From: Eledone cirrhosa
Taxonomy: Eukaryota
Length of the DNA: 64,000 nucleotides
NCBI GenBank assembly: GCA_964016885.1
Contig: OZ024745.1
Span: 33,294,001 to 33,358,000 of the forward strand
Direction: 5' to 3'
In this document: positions 26,059 to 38,764 of the stretch, piece after piece
Layout: the number at the start of each line of letters is the position of its first letter
Numbering within the stretch: the first letter of the stretch is position 1
Translations under genes and position numbers: made by a program
Notes under the pieces: model-generated
Told to the model about the DNA's origin: nothing
Database searches by the model: none
Seen by the model: only the letters and a program-made list of their open reading frames with translations

Positions 26059-26243
26059 TGTTCCATGACTGAAATGAGACTCATTTCCAGAATTCTCTGT
26101 TAGTGAATTTGTTGTTTCTTTTTGGGAAGAAAGAACATTTTCAGAACCGTTTCCTTCATTGGTACTCACTGATTTTTGCAAAGACATTAAAGATGTAAGG
26201 ATAACTCTCTCCAATGCATGGCATAACTTCTCTCTGTAACATA
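26051..26243 (-). CDS. Dynein heavy chain exon 18
   Basis: ttttcccag|VCYREKLCHALERVILTSLMSLQK...GTYL|gtaagt; phase 1 to 2. Confidence 0.85.
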
Positions 26244-27676
26244 CTGGGAAAAGAAAATTAATTGAGCCAATGTCATTCACTCTGCTAGAAACAGCTACCA
26301 AATCACACTGAAATCATTACAGGATGTTAAGAGTTAAATATACTATAAATATTTGAATTAACAAACCTGTTTCTAGATATTTTCTGCTGAATCATTACAG
26401 GATGTTAAGGAGGTGTTGAGTATTTTGTGTATAAATGTGCAACAAGGAATAAAATCAAATGATTTTGGATTTTGCATACAGGTTCTTTTGTTGTTGTTTT
26501 TGTTGAGTCTTTCATGTACGTTTTTAAAAAAAATTTTCATTATTTAAGATTATTATCATATAACAAATATATAAGATTAAATAGGTAAAAATAGATAATC
26601 TTTCTCTCACTCTGGTCATATATTTTGGTGCATTGTTTTTATGAGGTTCCTAGCAATGGTTAATTGTATTTGTTGACATATTTTTATAATGTTATTCTGA
26701 AAGAATTGTGAGCAATTTGGAATGTTATATATGTATATATCTGTTATGTGTGTTTATCAATGACATATTTGTAATGTTATTTATACATCTGTGAATAAAA
26801 TTATACATACGTTTATAATTATACATATGTTTATAATCGAGAACCCATCCACCTTCCCACCAATTCAACACTAAGTGTGTCAATCGGTCACACACTACAA
26901 GGGTAATTGGAAATTTCCTATATTGTTTGTGAGTAGCATGGTGGTTGAGTGTAGTGGCCTAAATCTGTATTGTGATTTGTAAAAGTGGAATGTGTAGGCT
27001 AGTAATATCAAAGATAAGTCAATGAGCCTTTCTAAGCTTTTTGAGGTGAGCAATAATGGCGGTTAGTGTGAAGTTGCTTCACTTGGGTTTGCCATCTTTG
27101 TCCTTAGCCTCATTTTATATAATTAACATTGTAATCACTGTTTATACTGTTTATTTTATTCTATGTGAAAGCCCTTGTGGCTAATAAAGGAATTATTATT
27201 ATTATTATCTATATAAGGGGAAGGTGGATTGGCAGTATTGGTAGGGTGCCGGACACGCTTTGTAGCATAGAAAAATGGCCCTTTATGTTCTAAGTTCAAA
27301 ACCTCTTGAAGTAGGCTTAGCCTTTCATCCTTTACAGGGTGTCGATAAAATAAAGCACCAGTAATGCATAGGGGTCAATTTAATCAACTTTCCTCTCTCC
27401 CCCCTCAAAATTGTTGGCCTTGTGCCTAAATCAGAAACAATTATTATCATCATCTATACATTCATGTCTAACTGACGTTGATCTACTTTTGCAAAGAAAA
27501 GAAATAAATACTAATGTTTGGAGAGATAAGTGATGATCAGTCTCAGTGAAAAGAAAATTAGTTCAATATAATTACCCCACTCTTTGATTCCATTAGAGCA
27601 CACAAATGTATTCTGTTCTATTTTATTGAAGAATTCTTGGAGAATCTATTACATTCATTCTATAATCAATACTTAC

Positions 27677-27785
27677 CAATTATTTTCTTTGATAATTGGT
27701 TCTTGTCTTTTTCTAACAACAGTTCATTAATTTTAGTATTTCTTTTGTCCTCTGTTGTATCTTTTGGCCAATGTTTGGAACTAAT
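27677..27785 (-). CDS. Dynein heavy chain exon 17
   Basis: tgcag|ISSKHWPKD...LSKKII|gtaagt; phase 0 to 1. Confidence 0.75.
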
Positions 27786-27834
27786 CTGCATAGAAAAGTA
27801 TTTGGAAATAATTTAGACATGAGTAAGTGACTTA

Positions 27835-28075
27835 CTCTACATGAGAGTGGAGTTCCACTGAAGCAGGTAGAGAAGTTCAAGTATCTTGGGGCCATGTTCA
27901 AAAGTGATGGAAGGCAGGAGGCTGAATTAATTGCAAAAATTGCAGGAGCTGGTGCAGTAATGCGCCAGCTTCAGCATTCAGTAATCAGAAGAAGGGAGGT
28001 AGGTGTAAAAGCTAAACTTACTATCTTCAATTCGGTATTTATGCCAACCCTTAATCTTGGGTAATGACCGAAAAA
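27835..28075 (+). mobile_element. RTE (Expander/Rex3-like) RT fragment
   Basis: GVPLKQVEKFKYLGAMFKSDGRQEAEL...KAKLTIFNSVFMPTL. Confidence 0.8.
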
Positions 28076-29424
28076 GAAAAATATATCTTAAAATGAGCCT
28101 CCTTTTACATTATCATCTTTTTATGCTCACTTTTCAATATTGGCATAGTTTGGACAAGACTTTTTGACATAATATCTCATTTAAAAGCATATACGATATG
28201 TTTATGTATAATTATACAGAATCAGTTCTGTATGAGCAAGACAAGGTCACCTGATCTGATTTGTCTCACAACAGGATAACTTGTCTAATCCATGATATTG
28301 TGGAAAATGGACGTTAAATGGTGATGTTGATGATGACGATAATAACATTGTATATGCTTTTAAACATACAAGAGTCTCGCTATGAATTTTTAAAAGCTAT
28401 GATCATGTTACAGCTATCTTACTAGCATGTGAGAATACCAGACAGATGTTTCTGGATTATTATCCATCATTAGTGACATTTGCTCATTCTGTAATGAAAC
28501 AAAAAGGTTGGATGACCTTTCTGATGCTGGCCCCTTTAGTTGCCGCTTATGTCATGCAAGGGTATATTATATGTATTCTAAAAACCAGGATACATGTAAT
28601 ATCTGGGACACCATCATCAGCATCATTACCATTATCTCCATTTTACATCTATTTTCCATGTTTGCATGGGTTAGATGGGTTGTCACATTCACAATGCCAG
28701 AAGAGGTCAGATGACCACAGCTTGCTCATATGTTCCATTTTGGCATGGATGCCCTTCCTAATGCAAGTTACTTCATGGCATATACCAGGTAGACTGGGTG
28801 CTATTTATCATAGTTGTTAGAGAATTGGATTCACAATTGTGAGTTGTGAGTTCAATTCCTGGACCAGGTGATGTGTTATGTCCTTGAGCAAGACACTTTA
28901 TTTTATGTTGCTCTTTCTTCCAGTTCTGATCGCTAAATAGTATCTACAATGGAAAGACCAATGGAAATATTGTTTCTTAGTCTGATATGACAAGCTCCAC
29001 TCGGTAAGAAAATGGAATCTTGTCAATCAATTCAACAGTTTTACTGTATTTTCATTGATTATAGGGATTAAGGAGATCATTTTACCATCATTATGTAAGT
29101 TATGGCGGTTTGGATCTATATTTGTTGGCATCTGTTTCTTAAAAAATCTTTTCCATGGTACCTTTTCACATTTATAAACTACTGTATATACTTGAATATA
29201 AGCTGGAGAATATGTGACAAAAACAACAACAACAAAAAAAAATTCATGTTAATATGAGGAGGGGGCTTATATATGCCATCTAAACAATGTGTTGATTAGC
29301 CTTGGCTTATAATGGGGTTTGAATGTTTTTGACTATTTCTCAAACATAAAATAGGGGTGTTGGCTTATATTCAGATCGGCTTGTATTCGAGTATATATAA
29401 GTTGTTTATGATGAAGTAACTTAC

Positions 29425-29550
29425 ACTTGTTGTTATAACTACATCTAAGATGTCTTGTACTGCATTCTGCAGTGTGTGAATATGATTATTCAGTAAAACA
29501 GTTTGGTGTTCAATGGATAGAAACATGGTCTTCTGAATATCTTCATAAGG
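29425..29550 (-). CDS. Dynein heavy chain exon 16
   Basis: tttcag|PYEDIQ...LQNAVQDILDVVITTS|gtaagt. Confidence 0.85.
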
Positions 29551-30789
29551 CTGAAACAGAAATGAAAAAATATATTGTAAATATGGTTGTGTACTAACAT
29601 TTCTGAAAATACTTCTTATTAGTACTAACGAACAAATTGTATCTGTTAACAGAGTCTCTTCTCTTCTCTTTTTTTGTTTTATAAAACAACCTGAATTATA
29701 ATCAAGATTATAAACCTTTCTTTTTTGCTCACTTATTCCTCAAAGGGTTATGGGGGCAGAGTCCTCAGACATGCCTGCCAGAGAGAGAGTCCTATCAGAA
29801 GCAATCATCTCCAATTGATGTGACTAGATCCCCAAGTGAGATCAACCAAGCTCATAGATGTTATCTAACCATCTTGCTCATGGTCTACCTCTGGGTCTCC
29901 TACCAGTTGGTTTTATAAATCCAATGACCTTAATTGTAAATCTATAAATGTATGTGCATATGTGTGTGCATGTATCTTTTGTCAAAGTATATAAACATAG
30001 GCAAGACCCCCCCCCCCCCCCAAAAAAAATACTGGAACTTTATGACTGAAGACCCTAGAAATATTTATTCTAGTCCAGGTTTCAGACATGCCCTTGTCAT
30101 TCTTGCTATCAAAAATGCAATGAACCTGGAAAGCTGTAACTAACAATGCAATATAATTGTTTCTACTTTTGGCACAAGGCCAGCAATTACCCAGTACATT
30201 ACTGGTACTTTATTTTATCGACCCCATAAGGATGAAGGCAAAGTTAACCTCGACGGGATTTGAACTCTGACCGTAAAGGGACGTAACTATGCTAGAAAGC
30301 ATGGCGTCCGACCCTCTACTGATACTGCCAGTTCACCACCCTTATGAATAAAATATCATCAACATTTAACGCCCATTTTTCTATGCTGGCAAGGGTAAGA
30401 CGAGCTGTCCCATTTAAGGCAAATCAGATCAGATGACTATGTCTTGCTCATACAAAACTGTTTCTGGCTTGGCTTCTATGGCTGGATGCTCTTTGTAAAA
30501 CCAACCACACTTACCGTGAGGACTGGGTGCTTTTTATTGTGGCACCAAAATTACCACTTCACAGTGTGGGCTGGGTGCTTTTTGTCATGACACCAGCACG
30601 ACCACCTTACAGTGTGGCCTGAGAGATTTTTGTTGTGTCACCAACACAACCACTTTATAATCTAATCTTAAATCAAAACAACAACTGAGATCATATACTT
30701 AACCTAAACCCTAACACCAACAAACAGCTTTATAGCAACACCAACCACTGCTTATTTATAGAGTTAAAATATATTTTTTGTGAGCTTAC

Positions 30790-30944
30790 TTGATGTTTAA
30801 ATGTCCAGTCAATCATTGAGAGTAAAGACATATCTTCTATTTGTCTAATGACCTCATCAATTTGCTGATAAATGATTTGTTGGACATCATATGTTATGTC
30901 TTTAAGTTTATGTCCAGCAGTTCGTATTTTGTACAAAAATGCAT
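30790..30944 (-). CDS. Dynein heavy chain exon 15
   Basis: DAFLYKI...QIDEVIRQIEDMSLL...KHQ|gtaagc; phase 1 to 0. Confidence 0.9.
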
Positions 30945-30984
30945 CTGAAACAGATAAATAGAAAAGAATATATAAATTTTACAT

Positions 30985-31615
30985 TTTAATAATAATAACG
31001 AAAATATTGTGTACAGTACTCAGGTGCACTACAACTCATCAAAAGTGTATGTATAGTACATAGGGTAATGTACAAACGTCAGGAAAATGAACAGTGCATG
31101 AGTCATGATATACACATGTGTGCATGTGTATGGAAGGGGTACATAAGGTGTAGTTTTGGCGAATTTCGGGAAGCATGAGTGTTTTAAAAGATGCTGTGTC
31201 TCGGCAGCTAACAACTGCCGCAGGCAGTTTGTTCCATGCTTCAGCAACTCTAAGCGTGAAAAAATGTTTCAGAAAGTCATGGGAGCTGTGCTGTTTTCTG
31301 ATTTTGTAGGCATGTCCACGTGTGTTAGACACATGGAGATCAAAAGGGTGCTCAGGGTTGTTGTTGGCGAGATGGTTAATAACTTTGTGGGTATTTACCA
31401 AGTCCATTGCTAGATGTCGGAGCTTCAATGAATCCATGCCCAGGGAAGCAAGGCATTCAGAGTATGGTAGGTGTCTGATGGAGGGTATGCACTTGGTTGC
31501 ACGTCTCTGAACAGTTTCCAGGAGGTCAATGTTCTGAGCAAGATAGGGGTTCCAGACTGATGATGCGAATTCCAAGTGTGGTCGTACCATAGCTGTATAC
31601 AGCTTTAAATAGTCC
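30985..31615 (-). mobile_element. CR1-group LINE 3' fragment
   Basis: LYTAMVRPHLEFASSVWNPY...LETVQRRATK...TRGH...FFTLRVAEAWNKLP; (TTA)n tail. Confidence 0.9.
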
Positions 31616-32373
31616 CAATGCATATGACTATAATAACAGTTGATTACGACTACAGTTGAGAAAATAGGGTAAAGTACCTCTGGAATTGGGAAAAATGGGC
31701 AAAAGGCTTTAGAAAAAAGTGTGTGTGTGTTTAATCTCAATTTACAATGCGAAACTATGGCAATCCATGTTTGATCAACTGAACATTATATTCATTAAAT
31801 TAATGTGTCAGTTGCTGAGTATTAAAAAGACACTATCAAAGTGACACAACGTGACAAAGCTGAACCTTTGAGTTACAGGTTAAATCCATTTAATTGGTTT
31901 TTATACACATTACATCCATCGAACTTTACTCACAGGCTTGCATCAACTACATGGCTAAAGTGAAAGACACTTGTCTAGGATATCTCTCTCTCTCTCATAT
32001 ATATATATAATTATACGAGTGAGACATGGTCACCTGATCAATCTTGCCTCAAGTGGGACAATTCCTGTCTAACCCATGCTAGCGTGGAAGATAGATGTAT
32101 GATGATAATGATGATGATGATGATGATATATATATATATATATATATATAAAATCACCATTTAATATCCATTTTCCACGATGATGATGATATATATATAT
32201 ATATATGTTGTAGAAACTGAAAATTTTTGAAGATGGTTCCTTTAAATTAGACAATATGAAACCCATTTTTTGTGGTGGGAAACAGGAATACCCCCCCCCC
32301 CAAAAAAAAAAACACCAACAACAAATAAACAAGCCAAACAGCAACAACAAAATTAATATTTCACAATCCATAC

Positions 32374-32633
32374 CAATATTCAAGCTATTCCAAGATAGAG
32401 AGCTAAGTCCTGGTTGGAATTCTCTTGCCATTTGGCAATAATGCTCTTTGAACAACTGTTGCCAAATTTTAGGAAAAATTCTTTTTATTTCATCAAATTC
32501 ATTGATACACAATTCCAGATGCATTTTATAATTCTTCAATTTATCCTCTTGGAGAAGAATTGCTTTAGCATTTTTTGATATTGGAACACCCATTTTAACC
32601 ATTGATTTTGTCTCCTCAATAGCAATTAGTAAC
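32374..32633 (-). CDS. Dynein heavy chain exon 14
   Basis: LLIAIEETKSMVKMG...FQPGLSSLSWNSLNI (PGLxxLxWxSLNI motif). Confidence 0.95.
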
Positions 32634-33943
32634 CTGTTAAAATATATTAAATTTTTATTGATTAGTAATTAATGACATTATGATCGTAAGTCCAACACCC
32701 TTACCACTAGGCCACGCACCTCCGCAGAACATCAGATTAATGCCTTGGAACATTTGTTCCAGCTCTTTGTTTTCTAAAGGCAAATTCCACACTCTGTCCA
32801 ACCTGAACTTGGTCAACATAGACAGGTGGGCCTAAAACCAATATAATGGCTAAGGTTTCATCCAACAGTGGACAAAAAACAGTTTGGGTAGATAAATTTT
32901 ATTATTGGAAATCTATGTTAACTTTTAATATCCTATACCACATGTGCTAGACATTTTTGAAAAGTACAAAACAGCACTGACTACATCACTTAAAAAATGG
33001 AAGTCTTTTTTTTAATACCATAAATTTTCTCAATGATCTCTTCACTAGTAAAGATACAATAAGGATTTGAATTGACAAACCCATACCCACATTTAGATAT
33101 TTTTGGCTAAATCATTAGAGGATTTTGAGAGTTAAGATGGATGTTTCATGTTCTATTTACATGATCAGATATTTTATTTTGTTACAAAATCCATGATTTG
33201 GTAACACCCTGTTCTACTAGAAGCGATTTACCTTCTGTGTGGGAGTTAATACATGGTCATTGTATTGATGTTATGGACATCAACATTTTGTTGCTCTGTT
33301 GTTTTGAAATATTGTTGTGCAGTAGCTTTAAATTATAAAATTTTTTTGCTAAGTGGTAGGGAACATTTAATGAGAATCCTTTTCTACTTAAAGTCATTAA
33401 TTTCACCAACCAATTAATAATGATGCTTTACTAAAGCCTAACAATTTTTATGTTCTCTCATGGTGACCACATCTGCAATGATATCAAAAACAGCATCTCA
33501 AAGGATTAAACTTCCTTTTCAAAGTCAGAAATTATTTCCTTTCTCAACATGGTCAAACTCAGGGTTAGATTTAGACCTTGATGGGGAGGGGGGACTTCAG
33601 GTTTGGAGGGCCTTCGTACACAAAAAAATTAGAATACCCCCCCCCCCCCCTCCATTTTACATATCAAAGTTAGCTTAGTGCAAGTAATTGGAATTAAAAT
33701 GTTATACATACAGGTATTAAATTAAAATATTCTAACCATCCTAAAACTAAAAAGCCCTGCTGAAGGCACAAATAAATTGCTACAGCTGTCGCTGGTGCCC
33801 CCCCCCCCCACTGCAGGGGGGCCCAGGGCAATTTCCCTCATAGCCCTCCATTAAATCCATCTGGCCTTGGTCAAGCTAAAACATAAAAATTTGGAAGTGT
33901 GAACATTTAGTAACAGAATCAAATCAGAAGAACTGTTTTATAC

Positions 33944-34248
33944 CTTGGATCAATGTTAATGAGAAGTTCTTTAGATTCAGGGTGACAAGTGAGAAGTGAA
34001 GTACTGAGTCCATTCATGACATTTACCAAACTTTTCAGCCAACTACCAATTGTTTTCCTCTCAAAATCTTTAATTGATGTGATTACTTCATTATAGATCT
34101 TTGCAAAATGAGAGAAATGTGGTAATTGCTGTACTACAGGAATATTCTTTAATATTTCCATAGGATCTTTGATTTTCTGTAGAGTGAATTTACACCATTG
34201 AATGGTTCCAGCTAATTTTGGAGAATTCCTGCATACTGGTGGATTTTC
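33944..34248 (-). CDS. Dynein heavy chain exon 13
   Basis: ENPPVCRNSPKLAGTIQW matches the PPxxRNxPPIAGxIxW motif; ends LLINIDP. Confidence 0.95.
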
Positions 34249-34364
34249 CTGCCCACCAATAATTAAAATAATAAAAATAAAGAAAAATTATACATACACT
34301 AAGTTCTATAGAATAATGTAGCATAGCGTTGAATGTAGCATTTATAGTTCATTGATTTTACAAT

Positions 34365-34700
34365 AATGTGTGGATGTAGTGGCTCTCTGTTGGTTACGAC
34401 CACGAGTATTCCTGTTGATTCAACCAACAGAGCAGCTTGCTTGTGAAATTAATATGCAAGTGGCTAAACATTCCACAAATATGTATACCTTTAACGTAGT
34501 TCTCAGGGAGATTCAGCATGACACAGAATGTATCAAGGCTGGCTCTTCGAATTACAGGTACAAAACATTTTTGGCGGCTGAGTGGACTGGAGCAACATGA
34601 AATAAAGTTTCTTGCTCAAGGACACAGTGCGCCGCCAGGAATTGAACACTTGACCCTATGACTGTGAGCCAAATACCCTAACCACAAAGCCATGCACTTT
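34365..34700 (-). mobile_element. tRNA-derived SINE
   Basis: Degenerate A/B boxes; TCCTTGAGCAAG...CTCCAGTCCACTCAGC middle; related copy at 55325-55515(-). Confidence 0.7.
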
Positions 34701-35104
34701 CATGTGTGGATGTAAACATAAAATAACTGACATAATAAGGAACCAAAAGTCGAGTATTTGGCGAGACCAGGTACTCCTCTTTGGTTCACTTCTGTATACA
34801 CACAAAATACTAAATTAAAGTGCAAACAAAGCTGTTGACTTAAGAAGCACTGGGGAAATTTGAAATGTGGGTGTCCCAAAGCAAATGACCATAATAATAA
34901 TAATAATCGATCATGATAAATGATAGTTGTAAACAAAGCAGTTGATCTAAGAAGCATTGGGAAAATGGTAGTTGATTACTATAATATTTATAGTGATCGA
35001 CTATTATTATGGTCATTTGCGTTTGGAATACACAAATTTCAAACTAAATTAAAGATTTCAATGTTTGCTAGGTAACAATATAATATATAGAAATATTTAC
35101 TCAC

Positions 35105-35225
35105 CTTTTTCTCTTGAAATACATTACATTGTTCCAGCAAATCAGAGGTGTAATGATTGAAAACTTTAACATAACATCTTTCTATCTTATAAACCAATGC
35201 TTTTCTCTTAGATACACTTGAAAAT
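35105..35225 (-). CDS. Dynein heavy chain exon 12
   Basis: FSSVSKRKAL...VFNHYTSDL...FQEKK|gtgagt; phase 2 to 0. Confidence 0.9.
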
Positions 35226-35280
35226 CTACAACATTGAACAGCTTCTTTAGATAAGTTTTATAAAAAACACACCAATATGT

Positions 35281-35460
35281 ATGCAAGACAACTGAAAAGT
35301 CCATAGGCTGACTATGAAGAAGTGATGCTAGAGCTGTGAAATCTTGCATGCATTAGTTTCAACTCTTATTAATAACTACATTGTTTCTTTCCAGTGACTA
35401 TGTTGAAAAATAAACCTCATATCTTGGTCAGCCTATAAACTTTTCAGCCAACCCTCGTAT
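35281..35460. mobile_element. Mariner-like MITE
   Basis: CTGAAAAGTCCATAGGCTGAC / GTCAGCCTATAAACTTTTCAG TIRs. Confidence 0.75.
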
Positions 35461-35871
35461 GTATGTAAACATGCATGCATATATTTATATACACGTAGGT
35501 ATATGTGTTTGCGTTCATATTTGTCATCATCAATGAGTTGGGAGCCTGCAACTTGTTTACATACAGTTCTGTGCTCTACCAAGCACATTTTATCATGGCA
35601 CCAACACAAGGGAGGTTATCATATCTTTGACACAACTGAAGGGTCTTTGCAATCCTTTGTTTGGCAAGCTTTCTATGTGTGTTTATGTAATTTTGTGACT
35701 AAAACTAACCAAACATGTTGAGTGAGAGTCAACTAATATCCCTAAACATGGTTTAAGGATGTAAATAAAGTTTAATTATTTTCAGTACTCAGTTATTTGG
35801 CTATAAGTAGCAGGATGTCAACTTAGTGATGTGTGTTCAAGTCTCACCATGTACTCCATTTTAGTTCTCAA

Positions 35872-36105
35872 ACATATACCAAATATACTCGAATATAAGT
35901 AGACCCCACAATTTTATGTCTGAGAAATGGGCAAAAGTCCAAACCTTATTTACGTAGAATTTAAAGTTGGTGAAAATCATCAAAATATTGATTCCGAATA
36001 TAAGCTGAGCCCCTTCTACCATTGATTTTGTTTTTGTCATATGTGACAAAAACAAAATCAATGGTAGAAGGGGCTCAGGGGCTTATATTTCAGTATATAC
36101 AGTAA
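35872..36105. mobile_element. Pogo-like MITE
   Basis: ATATACTCGAATATAAG / CTTATATTTCAGTATAT arms; related copies near 29180-29398 and 49670-49750. Confidence 0.65.
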
Positions 36106-36527
36106 TTTCAAAACAACAAAAAACAATCACAATGGCAGTAACAACAATAATGACACCACCAACATTGCTGCTGCTGTCACCACCTCATCCTTGGCAAGAT
36201 TTGAATTCAGAACGTAAAGGGACGTAACTATGCCACAAAGCATGATGTCTGACGCTCTACCGATACTGCCAACCCACCAACATTAGAAATATAATAATTG
36301 TTTCTACGTTTGGCACAAGGCCAGCAATTACCCAGTGCATTACTGGTACTTTATTTTATCGACCCTGTAAGGATGAAAGGCAAAGTTAACCTCGGCGGGA
36401 TTTGAACTCAGAATGGCAAGGACCGTAACTCTATACGTCAAAGCATGGCGTCTGACCCTCTACCGATACTGCCTATCCACCGCCCTATTAGAAATATAAT
36501 AATGAAAGGGTTAAAGATCACATTTAC

Positions 36528-36664
36528 CTGTTAAGAATGTCAAGTGATTGTTCTACTAACAGATCTTTCCTGAACATAACATCCAAGTAACTTTCTATCA
36601 GTAATTCACTTTCTGTAATAATTGACTGGAATTCACAATATAAATGGTTGAACTCACCAGACTC
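36528..36664 (-). CDS. Dynein heavy chain exon 11
   Basis: ESGEFNHLYCEF...EQSLDILNR; AG/GT; phase 0 to 2. Confidence 0.9.
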
Positions 36665-37287
36665 CTGAAAATAAGCAATAATTATTAGAATTATAACTTA
36701 GGAATTTTTTACAGTTTATGTAACTTTGTTTTCTTTTACTTAAGTTTATTCTGGAAAATTCTTTAACTAGGTGCAGGCATGGCTATTTGGTTAAGGAAAT
36801 AAAGAGTTTGTTTTGTAGCCATGTGGTTTTGGGATCACTCCCAATGTGTGACACCTTGAATAAATGTCTTCTCTTGTAGCCTCAAGTTGACCAAAGCCTT
36901 GTGAGAAAAATTTAGTAGATGGAAACTGCAGAATAAATATATAAAATACTGATGATGATGATGATTGCCTGAGAGGGAGATGAGGGCTCTGTACTTCAGA
37001 GAATACAGCCTGTGTGAGAGAGCAGTTACTATGATTAAAACAACACAAGACTGCACGAGACACAAGTGTTCCATAAGCCATGATGAAGGTAGCTAGGCTA
37101 GGAGGCGAGTGGGTCAAAACTCAAACAAAATAAATCAGCATGTGGCAGACATGGGCGCTCCATAAGCCATGCAGAAGGTAGCCCATATAGGGGGGCAGTG
37201 ACTTTGAATAAAATAAAACTGCACGGGGCAGATGTGGACTCTGTAAGGGAATATATTAGTCCTTCATGAAACTTAATTTCCACTTAC

Positions 37288-37415
37288 CTCTGAATCAATA
37301 TGTAATATATCAGCTGTAGTTATCTTTTGAATGGTTTTCTTAAGACTTGTCATTGTTTTATCAAATATATTCAACAAAATTAGACAATTTCCCTCTTCAT
37401 CAGCAAAATATTTTT
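37288..37415 (-). CDS. Dynein heavy chain exon 10
   Basis: KYFADEEG...DILHIDSE|gtaagt; phase 1 to 0. Confidence 0.85.
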
Positions 37416-38230
37416 CTATAAAAAGAAATATACACACATATCTAGACATATTAATATACACAAACATACACACACATATCAGGATATATATATATATATA
37501 GGAACAAGTATGACCCCGATGGCAGAGCTCAAGCCGTTTCGACGGCTAATTCTGGACTCCAGAATTAGCCATGGAAATGGCTTGAGCTCTGCCGTCGGGG
37601 TCATACTTGTTCCTATTACCCACTCTACTACCCTAAGTATTGAGTACTTTGGTGTGTTATGGTCCATCTGGTTCCTTACCACATTTCCTTTCTTATATAT
37701 ATATATATATATATATAAAGAAATACACAGACACATGCGAATACATACATATACCCACATATATCCCTGAATTTGTGTGGTGCCAACCTTAACCGTTGTT
37801 GTTCTATGAATAATCGGGACAAAATAATCCGAATGGATTAGATTGATTCAATATCAGAGCTATATAATACATTATAAAGAAAGAAGAAATATTAGACATA
37901 ATTAATAAGATAAACCATACCCAAATTTCCTTACATGTATTCACATGTGTCTGTGTATTTCTTTATATTGTTTATAACTCCCTATGGTAGAGTAACCACT
38001 GAAGTGTAGTGACTGCTGGATAGCTTACATTACTCAAACTTCTCGCCATCCTAGCCATCTCTTCTACGGCCTTGACATAAATACCCCCTCCGCCTTTTGT
38101 GGTATTTTTTTCTTGGTTGTAAGAGGCTTAGCTCTGTTTCTTGACCGCTGTATCACGTGATGAACTCCCCCTCCGCCTTTCGGGATTCTATCTCGCGTCC
38201 TACGGATGTGTTTTGAAACTTTAAATGAGG

Positions 38231-38327
38231 TATCTTCTTGATAAGTCGGCAAACCTCACAAAAATACTGCATCTCTATGATGTAGTGTTTTTGTATAATA
38301 AGCCACGAAACTACGTAGTCGAGGATA
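38231..38327 (+). ncRNA. Type I hammerhead motif with extended stem II (degenerate core)
   Basis: TATCTTC-TTGATAA-GT...AC-GAAAC-TACGTA-GTC-GAGGATA; internal hairpin ACAAAAATACTGCATC/GATGTAGTGTTTTTGT. Confidence 0.6.
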
Positions 38328-38395
38328 ATGAGGAAATTTAGGTATGGTTTATCTTATTAATTATGTATAATAATATTTCTTCTTTCTTTATAATG

Positions 38396-38426
<31 letters not shown>

Positions 38427-38569
38427 TACATACATACATACATACATACATAGAAAATGTAGTATCAGAGCTGTGATCTCTCAATTCGGAGAAGTAGTGG
38501 CTCTACCTAGAGCTATCTTCTGATCTCTGAGCTATATCTATATTTAAAATATCACAAAGTCATACTTAC

Positions 38570-38764
38570 TTAAAATATGGTCATATGAATTATATTCCTC
38601 TTGAGAATGCAACAGATTCTTTCTTTTCTTGATTTCAAAATGTTCTTCCAGCTTTTCTTCACTTTTTTCTTCCTGGACACCTTCTTCTTTAATTGCCAGC
38701 AGACTCTGGTCTTTAATATCACATACAGGTTGAACAACTGAAGAATTTCCATCTTCATTCATCA
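38570..38764 (-). CDS. Dynein heavy chain exon 9 (charged insert)
   Basis: MNEDGNSS...EEKSEEKLEEHF...YDHIL|gtaagt; phase 1 to 1. Confidence 0.8.
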
